From Bacteroidales bacterium (lineage in GTDB: Bacteria > Bacteroidota > Bacteroidia > Bacteroidales > UBA12077), in NCBI GenBank assembly GCA_030156305.1, contig JASGMZ010000001.1, forward strand, positions 1 through 39,406: a stretch of 39,406 bases of DNA, given 5' to 3'. A model generated the notes under the pieces. That model had not been told where the DNA came from and ran no database searches. It saw nothing but the letters and a program-made list of their open reading frames with translations. How positions within the stretch are numbered: position 1 is the stretch's first letter; each line of letters begins with the position of its first letter. Position numbers and translations under genes: made by a program. Positions 10,190 to 18,766 of the stretch are shown piece by piece.

Positions 10190-10988
10190 ATTTTTAACTA
10201 TACGCAACAAAAAAATACATTATATTGACCTCGGCCAGGGTTATCCTATTGTTCTGCTTCACGGATACCTCGAATCTTTAGCCATTTGGGGGAAATTTGC
10301 GAATCAACTATCCAACAAATTCAGAATCATTGCTTTTGATATTCCGGGACACGGAAAAAGTGAAACCCTTGCAGAAAAACACAGTATGGAAATGTTGGCA
10401 GAGTGTGTTTATGATACGTTAAAATTGATGAAAATAAACCAGTGTTTGATGATAGGCCACTCCATGGGAGGTTATGTTACGCTAATGGTTCATCATCTTT
10501 ATCCCGAGTTGCTTTCCGGTTTTTCTCTTTTCCACTCACATCCTTTTGCCGATACTGTAGAAACGAGAAAGAACAGAATGCGTGAAATCGACCTGGTTAA
10601 AAACGGTAAAAAAGATATTCTGGCTAAAGTAAATATTCCCAATGCCTTTGCTCAAAAAAATCTAGTAGATTTGAAAGATGAAGTGGATAGATCTAAGGCA
10701 ATTGCTATACAAACATCTGACAAAGGAATAATTGCCAACTTATATGCAATGATGAATCGTCCTGATTTTTCAGATGAGCTTGCCAAAACATCCAAACCTT
10801 TTCTCCTAATTGCCGGCAAACATGATAACTATATTCCTTTTGATTTAATGATTTCTCGCATTAAACTGCCTAAAAACACATCACTTTGTTTATTAGAGAA
10901 TTCAGGACATATGGGTTTTATTGAAGAAAAAGAAAAATCAGTGGTTTATATTGACCGTTTTTTTGATAATATTAAAAAATCCAAATAA
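10182..10988 (+). CDS. alpha/beta-fold hydrolase
   Basis: Nucleophile elbow GHSMGG, HG oxyanion motif LLHGY and a C-terminal His (SGHM). I prefer the ATG at 10182 to the track's TTG at 10179. Confidence 0.85.
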   Translation: MNKFLTIRNKKIHYIDLGQGYPIVLLHGYLESLAIWGKFANQLSNKFRIIAFDIPGHGKSETLAEKHSMEMLAECVYDTLKLMKINQCLMIGHSMGGYVTLMVHHLYPELLSGFSLFHSHPFADTVETRKNRMREIDLVKNGKKDILAKVNIPNAFAQKNLVDLKDEVDRSKAIAIQTSDKGIIANLYAMMNRPDFSDELAKTSKPFLLIAGKHDNYIPFDLMISRIKLPKNTSLCLLENSGHMGFIEEKEKSVVYIDRFFDNIKKSK

Positions 10989-11059
10989 AATGATTTTTTA
11001 AAAGCAATAAGCACCTCTTCCCAAAATCATTAAATCCATTGAAAATAAACATTAAAAAA

Positions 11060-11090
11060 ATCCGATGCTACAACCACTGCATCGGATTTT
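11060..11090 (+). terminator. rho-independent terminator after the hydrolase gene
   Basis: atccgatgc (11060-11068) and gcatcggat (11079-11087) form a 9-bp stem with a 10-nt loop, followed by TTTT and preceded by an A-run. Confidence 0.7.
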
Positions 11091-11108
11091 CATTTAAACA
11101 ACCATCTG

Positions 11109-11133
11109 TAAAAAGCTGGTTTTATCCAGCTTT
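11109..11133 (-). terminator. rho-independent terminator of the Spy/CpxP-like gene
   Basis: The minus strand reads aaagctgg-ataaaa-ccagcttt followed by T residues. The stem starts inside the stop codon (11132-11134). Confidence 0.6.
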
Positions 11134-11683
11134 ACTCTTCATCTAATTGATTATTATAATATTGATAACCATAGCCGGCACCATAACCCTGTTTCATTCC
11201 ACAGGCATTTCTGTAACCAGCACCCGCATGTCCGGCACCACGGTTATATCCGCGGCCTCTGCCAGACATGGAGTCAAAATAAACTTTTTGTTCATCGGTT
11301 AATAAATTTCTTACTTCCTGTCGGTGTTTAGCAGAGGCTTTCATCATTTTGTTATGTACTCCGGTCATTTGATCAATTACCGAATTAATCTCCTTAAGAT
11401 CTGCTTTATCGGTTGTATTAAGCGTTCTTTTTCTAGCGCTTAATTCATTCATCTGATTCCGGTAATTGTTCATCTCCTTCCAATGATCAACCCTTAAGGC
11501 TTCAATTTGTGTTTCCTGGTCAGCGGTTAGGTCAGGTATTCTCCAACAGGTTCCGTCGTTGCGGTAAGGCCTATCTGCATTACTTTTATAATTTCTTCCT
11601 CGTTGTGCGAATCCTTGTGTTCCGGCAAGCATTAAAATGGCTAATGCTAAAACTGTGAGTTTGTTCATTTTTTTTGTTTTCAT
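11132..11683 (-). CDS. periplasmic Spy/CpxP-family (LTxxQ motif) stress or metal-resistance protein with a Gly/Tyr-rich tail
   Basis: 183 aa. Signal peptide MNKLTVLALAILMLAGTQGFA. Two LTxxQ motifs (LTADQ, LTDEQ). C-terminal GRGRGYNRGAGHAGAGYRN...GYGAGYGYQYY. Confidence 0.75.
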   Translation of the reverse strand: MKTKKMNKLTVLALAILMLAGTQGFAQRGRNYKSNADRPYRNDGTCWRIPDLTADQETQIEALRVDHWKEMNNYRNQMNELSARKRTLNTTDKADLKEINSVIDQMTGVHNKMMKASAKHRQEVRNLLTDEQKVYFDSMSGRGRGYNRGAGHAGAGYRNACGMKQGYGAGYGYQYYNNQLDEE

Positions 11684-11931
11684 CTTTTTAATTTTTTATG
11701 TGTAACATTTCTTTCGAATTTCTGCTTATTGGACACCGATACTTTTAATTTATTACAGCAAGCATTATTAAATCTTTATTTTTTCTTATGATCTGATTTT
11801 TTAGGTTAGTTTCCTGGATTAATAAAAATTTCAAGTAAAATCAACCCGGAGAACTTATATTCAAGAAAAAATTATGTATTTTTATTTCGTTTGAAAAAAA
11901 AATTATTCTTCTAAAAAGCATATAAACAATT

Positions 11932-12315
11932 ATGGAACCACTAATTATTGGAGCCTCTGAAGAGCGCCCGGGAATAAATTTAGACCCTCAAAGTAATAAA
12001 TTTATGATTTTCGGCAAATCATTTCCCGAGGAAGCTAAAAAATTTTATGAACCGATTATGCTTTGGTTGGAGGAGTATGCAAAAAAACCAAATAAAGAAA
12101 CAAACTTTGAAATACGGCTCGATTACTATAATTCAGCCACATCGACTATCTTATTAGAGATTATACATTTATTGAATTCCATATTCAAAAAAGGGCATAA
12201 AGTAAAAATTTTATGGCACTATCTTGAGTTGGACGATGATATGCTGGATGCCGGAAAAGAGTACAGTGAGATGGTTGATATACCTTTTGAATTTATTCCA
12301 TTTGAAGATTTTTAA
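11932..12315 (+). CDS. DUF1987 (SiaC-like) domain protein
   Basis: 127 aa. The pattern G.S.PE....FY.P...WL..Y......F...L.Y.NS.S....L.....L matches my memory of the DUF1987/SiaC family. Confidence 0.7.
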   Translation: MEPLIIGASEERPGINLDPQSNKFMIFGKSFPEEAKKFYEPIMLWLEEYAKKPNKETNFEIRLDYYNSATSTILLEIIHLLNSIFKKGHKVKILWHYLELDDDMLDAGKEYSEMVDIPFEFIPFEDF

Positions 12316-12338
12316 ATAAACCCGGAGGAAAAAACAAA

Positions 12339-12376
12339 AATCCTGCAAAAGTTTTACTTCTCGCAGGATTTGTTTT
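12339..12376. terminator. hairpin terminator between convergent genes
   Basis: aatcctgc (12339-12346) pairs with gcaggatt (12363-12370), followed by tgtttt. Located between the stops at 12315 (+) and 12378 (-). Confidence 0.6.
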
Positions 12377-12377
12377 C

Positions 12378-14039
12378 TTATTTTTTTGAACTAAAAAATT
12401 CCGGCTTCTGCTGATGAAAATCAGTAGCCTCCTGGTAGTGTTTAGCAAAGTTAAGCAGAGAAGCTTCATCATATAAGTTTCCTATAAAACTTATGCTTGT
12501 AGGGTGTTGTTCATCATCAAACCCATTGGGAACCACCACACAAGGATGGCCTGTAAGGTTGGTCATAAGCAGCTGATCGCCACCATAACTGGGAGTTATA
12601 ATTACATCATACTCTTTAATTACCTGGTGGAACTCTTCAATTAACCGATCTCTTAATCGGCTGGCCTGAATATATTCTACGGCAGGAATAAATCGTGCAG
12701 ATCTAAAAGTATTGGGCCAGGCATACTTGTGTTGTGCGGTTAATTCATCATCTCTGTTACTACGTGTAAGGCCATCAAATGCTGCGGCAGCTTCTGCTTC
12801 TAAAATTATAGCTAATGAATTAACCGGTAAATCATTTGGAAGCTCAACTTCGTGGAGGGTGACACCCAGCTTTTTTAAAACATCAAGCGTCAGGCTATCA
12901 TTCTCGTGTCCCCTGTATTTTTCTTTAAAATAAGACTTTAAATAACCCACCTTATAATCTGTGATTTTATTCTCTTGATAATTAAACGGGTAACTGGTTG
13001 TTGACGGGTCTTTTTCATCTATTCCTCTAATCGCATCAAAAACCAGGGCACAGTCGAATGCATTCCGGCAAATAGGGCCTACCTTATCCATGCTCCAGCT
13101 CAGGGCCATGGCTCCATTTCGACTTACACGGCCAAACGTTGGGCGTAATCCGGTCACTCCGCAACGGGTAGAGGGAGAAACGATAGATCCCCAGGTTTCG
13201 GTTCCTATTGCAAAACCTACAAGCCCAGCAGCAGTTGCTGATGCAGCGCCAGCAGAAGATCCGCTGGAACCCTGGGTTAAATCCCATGGGTTTTTGGTAA
13301 CCCCGCCAAACCAAACATCTCCCATGGCTAAAGCGCCCAGGGTTAATTTAGCTACCAAAACAGCTCCTGCCTCTTCCAGTTTTTTCACTACAGTAGCTGT
13401 ATTCTCTATGTATTGATTCTTATAAGGTGCTGCACCCCACGTTGTTTTGTAGCCGTCAACAGCAAATAAATCTTTTACTCCGTAAGGAATACCATGCAAA
13501 GGCCCCCGGTAAATTCCCTGTGCAATCTCCTCATCGGCTTTTTGCGCTTGTTTTAATGCCAGCTCCTCAGTTAAACTTACTACACATTGCAATGTGTCAC
13601 CATATTTTTTTAATCGATCAAGGTATATCTCAGCAATTTGCAACGATGTTAATTTACGAGATTTGATAAGTGCCGAAAGCTTTGAAACGGGATAAAAAGC
13701 CAGCATCTCCATATTTTCAGGAAGCTCAACATTCTCGGGTAATTCCCATTGAATATTTTCTTGCTTAACAGGAATGTTAAATTGCTGCGGCCTGGGGTCA
13801 AAATAAAGCCTTGGTGCAATTTCATTATCTATCTTCATAGTACGCATTTTTTGGTAACTCTCCCGATAATTGTTCAGTGACTCAAGCATTGAGTCGATTT
13901 CTGTTTCGGTAAATTGTAAATCAACGATTTTTTGAGCCAGTTGAACGGTTTTGGAATCAATTTTTTCATGATTGGTATTACACGAGAAAAGCACAAAAAA
14001 TAAAAATAGAATGGAAAATGTGTAAATTTTTGTTTTCAT
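12378..14039 (-). CDS. amidase-signature family amidase, exported (lipoprotein-like signal)
   Basis: 553 aa. Gly/Ser-rich AS signature GSSGSSAGAASATAAGL. N-terminal hydrophobic signal ending LFSC. Confidence 0.9.
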   Translation of the reverse strand: MKTKIYTFSILFLFFVLFSCNTNHEKIDSKTVQLAQKIVDLQFTETEIDSMLESLNNYRESYQKMRTMKIDNEIAPRLYFDPRPQQFNIPVKQENIQWELPENVELPENMEMLAFYPVSKLSALIKSRKLTSLQIAEIYLDRLKKYGDTLQCVVSLTEELALKQAQKADEEIAQGIYRGPLHGIPYGVKDLFAVDGYKTTWGAAPYKNQYIENTATVVKKLEEAGAVLVAKLTLGALAMGDVWFGGVTKNPWDLTQGSSGSSAGAASATAAGLVGFAIGTETWGSIVSPSTRCGVTGLRPTFGRVSRNGAMALSWSMDKVGPICRNAFDCALVFDAIRGIDEKDPSTTSYPFNYQENKITDYKVGYLKSYFKEKYRGHENDSLTLDVLKKLGVTLHEVELPNDLPVNSLAIILEAEAAAAFDGLTRSNRDDELTAQHKYAWPNTFRSARFIPAVEYIQASRLRDRLIEEFHQVIKEYDVIITPSYGGDQLLMTNLTGHPCVVVPNGFDDEQHPTSISFIGNLYDEASLLNFAKHYQEATDFHQQKPEFFSSKK

Positions 14040-14273
14040 CTGTCATTGGTTTTTTTAAAATAAGCAGAAAGATACAAAAATATCACAGAATAATCAATAA
14101 GCAGGCTGCGATTCATAAAATCCATGATTCATTTCATTATCTCGTTATCCGCTTTGCATTATTTACTCAAGTTGTTTTGAATATAAATCTATAAAAAAGC
14201 ATTAGAAATTTTTAACGTTGGGCTCTCAAAAACCACAAGTTAACAAACCCAGTACCCGCTTACTATGGAATGA

Positions 14274-14370
14274 TGAAACATCCATGCACTAAAGTTCACA
14301 AAAAGGAATGAATACAACATGGATGTTCCACGAGGCCAATTAATTAACTAAAAATATATTCGTGTGAAAC
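14274..14370. repeat. 97-bp repeat, family A, copy 1
   Basis: Aligns by eye at roughly 90 percent identity with 29347-29443 and 30054-30150. Starts and ends with tgaaac. Internal inverted repeat aacatccatg (14277-14286) / catggatgtt (14318-14327). Confidence 0.8.
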
Positions 14371-14469
14371 GTTTAAACATCTCATAAAAAATCCCTTCGA
14401 CATATTTGTGCTTTTCTTAACGAACAAATAAAACAGAAGTATTATAAAGGAATCGAAAAATATGCTTAA

Positions 14470-14658
14470 ATTATTAAGGACTCATCAGAACAAACAGTAA
14501 ACCTGCTAACCAATCTTTTAGAATAGCGGCGGGCACAAACCGGAAAAATTAAATTTAATCCCGAATATATTGAGTTTGTAACAGAAATTAATGAAGTAAT
14601 TGAATTGTTAAGAAACACTGCGCAACAAAATCAAAAAAATATCAGCTTATGTTGCTGA
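14470..14658 (+). pseudogene. sensor histidine kinase fragment (region following the HisKA helix) with an in-frame stop
   Basis: Own translation: IIKDSSEQTVNLLTNLLE*RRAQTGKIKFNPEYIEFVTEINEVIELLRNTAQQNQKNISLCC*. The LLEW.R.QTG...FNPE pattern is typical of Bacteroidota HKs. TAG at 14524. No N- or C-terminal domains present. Confidence 0.5.
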
Positions 14659-14772
14659 ATTACTATGAGTTGTTAAAGTAAAATCCGTTACAAGCTCGAT
14701 TATTCGTACAATGATTATATACAAAGAATCATTTTTGATGAGACAGAAGAATTCTTGTGAGGCTATTCTGTA

Positions 14773-15096
14773 GTGTTATACGCCGATTTTCAACAACCAT
14801 GGGGAAGCATTAGAGCCAGGATGAACGGCAAACAACATTTTCATGATTTCAGCTCGACCCGGCTCGAAATGTATACTCAATTAAATTTAAGGCTTTTTAA
14901 AGGATTCGCATTAACGATAACTGATGATTTTGACTATATTAATGACCTGGTCGAAATTTCTATGGGGGAGATATCGACAGAAGAAATCCTTTTGGAGCAA
15001 CGCAGTAGATTAACCAATTACCAGCTTGACGGACATATTGGGCTTACTTATACTTTCGGTTCAAAATGTCCGGCTGCTTATAATCCCAGGTTATAA
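14773..15096 (+). pseudogene. probable C-terminal remnant of an outer-membrane beta-barrel protein gene
   Basis: 107-aa ORF with a GTG start directly after a TAG. Alternating beta-strand-like pattern ending GLTYTFGS...YNPRL. No signal peptide or N-terminal part. Confidence 0.3.
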
Positions 15097-15115
15097 TTTA
15101 ATTTTATAATAGAAC

Positions 15116-16312
15116 TCAGTATAAAAAACCAAATAACCACAATGGAATTTTATTGCCCTGGGCATATTCAATGTTATCTGCAGCAATATAAGCATTATGA
15201 ATATCTTGAATCTGTTGGCGTGTTTTATTTTTCCCGCCTACTTCGAAAACATATCTGTTATTTATTAAAAAATCACCTTTACTTGAATATAACAAATGAT
15301 TTCCTTCGTTCAGTTGATTATAAAAGAATGTTTCTCTTAAAGTTCCTTTATTTACATGTGTATCTGTAATTGCATATGCAAGATTTGGATTATTTAAATA
15401 TATCTTTTCCGGTTTATTCAGCTTACTTATCCCCAAAGTATCTGTTTGTAAAAGCATTAATAAATCCGCCCGTGAAAGCAAATAGAGATATTTTATTAAT
15501 GTTTCTCTGCTTACTCCAACTTGTTTACTCAATTTCAGAATATTTGGTTTATACGGAACAATTTCAGTTAATATGGATAAAAGTTTTCTTAAATTATGGA
15601 CAGAAGCAAAATCGATCTTTTCAACAGAAGGCAAATCATTGTCGAGTACATGATTTACTGTTTGCTTTAACCGTATATGGAAATTTTGTTCATCTTCCAG
15701 AAAGAACGGGTAATATCCTGTACGGAGATATTCTTCGAATAACTTAATCGGTTTTATTTTAGTAAGTATTTCTGTAATATAAATTGATGGAGATGATACA
15801 ATTTGATCAAGATCTAAAACAGGAAACAGATATTTATATTTTAATGCTATAAACTCACGGAAAGACAATCCATGCATTTTATACATGACTGCCCTTCGAC
15901 TTAAATCGGCTTTGCCTTTAAAGATGTCTAAAGCTGATGACCCGGTAATAACAATTTTTAATTGATTAAAATAATCATAAATATTTTTTATTTCTTGTGA
16001 CCAATTTAAATATTTATGTACTTCATCTAAAAAAAGGTATTTCCCTCCACGTTTTACAAACTCGTCGGTAAAATCAACGATTGTTGTTTTAGAAAAATAA
16101 AGATCATCTAAACTTACATAGATTACTTCATCAGGGTTTTTTGCTAAGTTTTCTTTAATATATTGTAACAAGAGCGTAGTTTTACCTACTCCTCTGGCAC
16201 CAGTAATGGCAATTAGCCTGCTATTCCAGTCTATTTTATTCCATAAATATCGTTTAAAACCCGTGTTTACAGAATTTATTCTTGATTTTGAATATTGAAA
16301 CAGTTGTTCCAT
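15116..16312 (-). CDS. AAA-family ATPase with a DUF4143-type C-terminal domain (AAA_14/DUF4143 ATP-binding protein)
   Basis: Walker A GARGVGKTT and Walker B LFLDEVH. I place the start at Met34 of the track ORF (MEQLFQYSKS, ATG at 16310-16312), because the upstream 33 codons are AT-rich promoter-like sequence. Confidence 0.85.
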   Translation of the reverse strand: MEQLFQYSKSRINSVNTGFKRYLWNKIDWNSRLIAITGARGVGKTTLLLQYIKENLAKNPDEVIYVSLDDLYFSKTTIVDFTDEFVKRGGKYLFLDEVHKYLNWSQEIKNIYDYFNQLKIVITGSSALDIFKGKADLSRRAVMYKMHGLSFREFIALKYKYLFPVLDLDQIVSSPSIYITEILTKIKPIKLFEEYLRTGYYPFFLEDEQNFHIRLKQTVNHVLDNDLPSVEKIDFASVHNLRKLLSILTEIVPYKPNILKLSKQVGVSRETLIKYLYLLSRADLLMLLQTDTLGISKLNKPEKIYLNNPNLAYAITDTHVNKGTLRETFFYNQLNEGNHLLYSSKGDFLINNRYVFEVGGKNKTRQQIQDIHNAYIAADNIEYAQGNKIPLWLFGFLY

Positions 16313-16508
16313 TTTTGCAAAGTATATATTGCAAAAATAATAAAATAATGTCAAATATACATTGCAATTCTGGTTTTTTATTGTTATGTAACAAATTGCT
16401 GTCAAAAACAAAAGTCCGCTGCCAGGTATTTAAACTTCTTTGATCTTTTATTTTTATTAGTCCAGATTAAAATAAGGTATAATGGACAAAATGAATATGT
16501 AATCAGCA

Positions 16509-18128
16509 TTAATAGTAAATGTTCCATTTTCCCATAACAACCTTGTTTTCGTAATAGCTTAAAACCCATTTTAAATGTTCTGGAGGTTCTTCTTTGTATA
16601 ATAAGAGAACTGTTGATTTTTTTAAGATTTCTTTTAAATATTGTAATTCTTTGTCGTTTTGCATGTCAATCAAATACTTTTTCCATTCCAGGTCTTTTTC
16701 AAACTGCGTTTCTCTATCTAAGCTGGAATTTCCATCATATAAAGAAATAATTGATTTATTTAGTCCAAAAGCTATCGATGGTTTTATGGTATTATAAACT
16801 AAAACATTTCTATCATTAAGTTTTTCATTGATAATAAAATCAGTAATAGGTTTAGGACTATTTACCTTTAACTGATTTTCTGAAAGAATTACTCCACTGC
16901 TTACGATTAAATATATAGATGTGATAATGGAGATAATCATAGATTTTTGTTTATAATTAAAACGCATTGTTTTGTTAAAACCCACCATACCTAAAATCAT
17001 AGCAAGGCTTATAAAACTTAAAACTTTCGGGACAATATATCCTGTATTAATAAATAATGCTGTGGAAAAAGCAACACAAAGAACAAAAAGAAAACCGATC
17101 AAAATCCTGTAAATAATTTTACTTTTCTCAATAGAAATCTTTGAAAATAATTGTGCTGTTAATATTGCCATTAAGCTATAAATCGGTAAAATATACAATA
17201 TTCGCTTCGATGAGGATATTGAAAAGAAGATAAGAGGAATTATACATCCCATTAATAAAGCAATGTATATTGATTTTTTGGTAAAATTTTTGCGTTGCTT
17301 CTTTATTAAAACGATAAGGGGAATAAACCATGGCAAAGCCACTAAAGGCCCAAATACTATAAAATACCAAAAAGGCTCTGTCCTACCAAAAACATTCTTC
17401 GCAAACCTATCGGCCGTTTGTCTTCCCAAGAAGTAATTCATGAAATCGGTATTCTGAATAGACAAATACACAAACCACGACAATGCAATACCTAAAAATA
17501 GCAACCAGGCCAAAACATGATGAATATTAAAGGATGTTTTAGACTTTTGAATTCGATTAAAAAACAGGATAAAAACAACTGGAACAATAAAAATTACAGG
17601 GCCTTTGGTTAAAAATCCCATACCTAAGCTCACGGTGAAAGAATATAGATAGAATATATTTCCACTTTTACGATACTTTACCCAGGAATAAATACTCCAT
17701 AATGCAAAAGTTGCCAAAAAAGCATCAGTGGTTAAGTTTCTCGAAGAAACCAATACTAAAGGGTAACTCATATAAATGATTGTAGCCCACAATGCGGTTT
17801 GATTGTTCTTAAATAACTGGTTCGTTAATAAATAGATTAAAACCAATTGCAAAAGGATGGCGATTTGCAAGAAAAATCGTGCACCAAATGCATTAACACC
17901 AAACAATTTGTATCCCAGTGCAGTTATTTGATAGGTCAAAGGAGGTTTATGATAATGATGAACATCCAGTAAATTGGGATGTATAAAATCTCCAGAAACA
18001 AACATTTCTCTGGCTATTTCGGCGTATCGTGCATCGCTGCTTTCCACTACTCCAAATGAACCAATATTTATAAATAATGCAACAGCATAGATAAAAAAAA
18101 CGATTTTAAAATAGGTATGATTTTTCAT
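16509..18128 (-). CDS. ArnT-like glycosyltransferase family 39 (polyprenyl-phosphate-sugar dependent, PMT_2 type)
   Basis: 539 aa, more than 10 TM helices. The N-terminal SSDARYAEIAREMFVSGDFIHP...HHYHKPPL resembles the catalytic loop of ArnT/PMT enzymes. Confidence 0.85.
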   Translation of the reverse strand: MKNHTYFKIVFFIYAVALFINIGSFGVVESSDARYAEIAREMFVSGDFIHPNLLDVHHYHKPPLTYQITALGYKLFGVNAFGARFFLQIAILLQLVLIYLLTNQLFKNNQTALWATIIYMSYPLVLVSSRNLTTDAFLATFALWSIYSWVKYRKSGNIFYLYSFTVSLGMGFLTKGPVIFIVPVVFILFFNRIQKSKTSFNIHHVLAWLLFLGIALSWFVYLSIQNTDFMNYFLGRQTADRFAKNVFGRTEPFWYFIVFGPLVALPWFIPLIVLIKKQRKNFTKKSIYIALLMGCIIPLIFFSISSSKRILYILPIYSLMAILTAQLFSKISIEKSKIIYRILIGFLFVLCVAFSTALFINTGYIVPKVLSFISLAMILGMVGFNKTMRFNYKQKSMIISIITSIYLIVSSGVILSENQLKVNSPKPITDFIINEKLNDRNVLVYNTIKPSIAFGLNKSIISLYDGNSSLDRETQFEKDLEWKKYLIDMQNDKELQYLKEILKKSTVLLLYKEEPPEHLKWVLSYYENKVVMGKWNIYY

Positions 18129-18131
18129 GTT

Positions 18132-18764
18132 CTATTGTTTAAATCCAATAATAATATTTCTGAGATATATGGTAAATCCAAATAATTGACCAAGGAATAA
18201 TACCGGATCTCTTCTAATTACAGCATAACTCAAAATCATTAATGAGCCTATTAAACTTAACATCCAAAAAACAAATGGTAAAGATGATTCTTTTTTTCGT
18301 TCTGAATAAATCCACTGATAAACAAATCTAAAAGTAAAAATAATTTGGCCCAGGCTTCCCCAAATTAGAAGTTTAAACGGAATATCCTCGTTTTTAAATA
18401 AACGATCAAAATCCATTTGATTATTATTAAAGAAATATATTCCTATCATTAAAGGAATTAGAATAAATAAGGTGCGTAATATCCACGGAAGTTTTTTCCA
18501 GGAACCTTGTAATTGCATATTTCTTATATAAATAAAATATGTAATTGATTGTCCTAATATAATTGCAAAGTCATCTCTAAACCATCCATAAACAAAAAGC
18601 AAGAAAGAAGCTATCAAACTCAATTGCCAAAACACCTCTGGAGTTAACACTTTTTTTACTTTCTCAGACTGAATCCATTGTAATAATAATCTTGCCGAAA
18701 ATAATATCTGCGCTGTAAATCCTATAATATATACAAAGAATTTATATGATAACCATTCGTTCAT
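18132..18764 (-). CDS. membrane protein with two lipid-A-biosynthesis N-terminal (LAB_N) repeats
   Basis: 210 aa. Duplicated motif GFTAQILFSARLLLQWIQSEKVKK / GQIIFTFRFVYQWIYSERKKES. Confidence 0.7.
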   Translation of the reverse strand: MNEWLSYKFFVYIIGFTAQILFSARLLLQWIQSEKVKKVLTPEVFWQLSLIASFLLFVYGWFRDDFAIILGQSITYFIYIRNMQLQGSWKKLPWILRTLFILIPLMIGIYFFNNNQMDFDRLFKNEDIPFKLLIWGSLGQIIFTFRFVYQWIYSERKKESSLPFVFWMLSLIGSLMILSYAVIRRDPVLFLGQLFGFTIYLRNIIIGFKQ

Positions 18765-18766
18765 GA

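Noticed and set aside
13090-13416. ORFs of 73-108 aa at 12712-12933, 13084-13314, 13090-13416 and 13427-13666 overlapping the amidase gene
   Set aside because: All lie within or antisense to the amidase CDS, which carries the amidase signature. They are shadow frames of a relatively GC-richer stretch.
16313-16411. 33-codon N-terminal extension of the AAA ATPase ORF (MFLTAICYITIKNQNC...)
   Set aside because: The extension is AT-rich, Cys/Tyr/Phe-heavy and promoter-like. The family normally starts near the MEQLF-type sequence shortly before Walker A.
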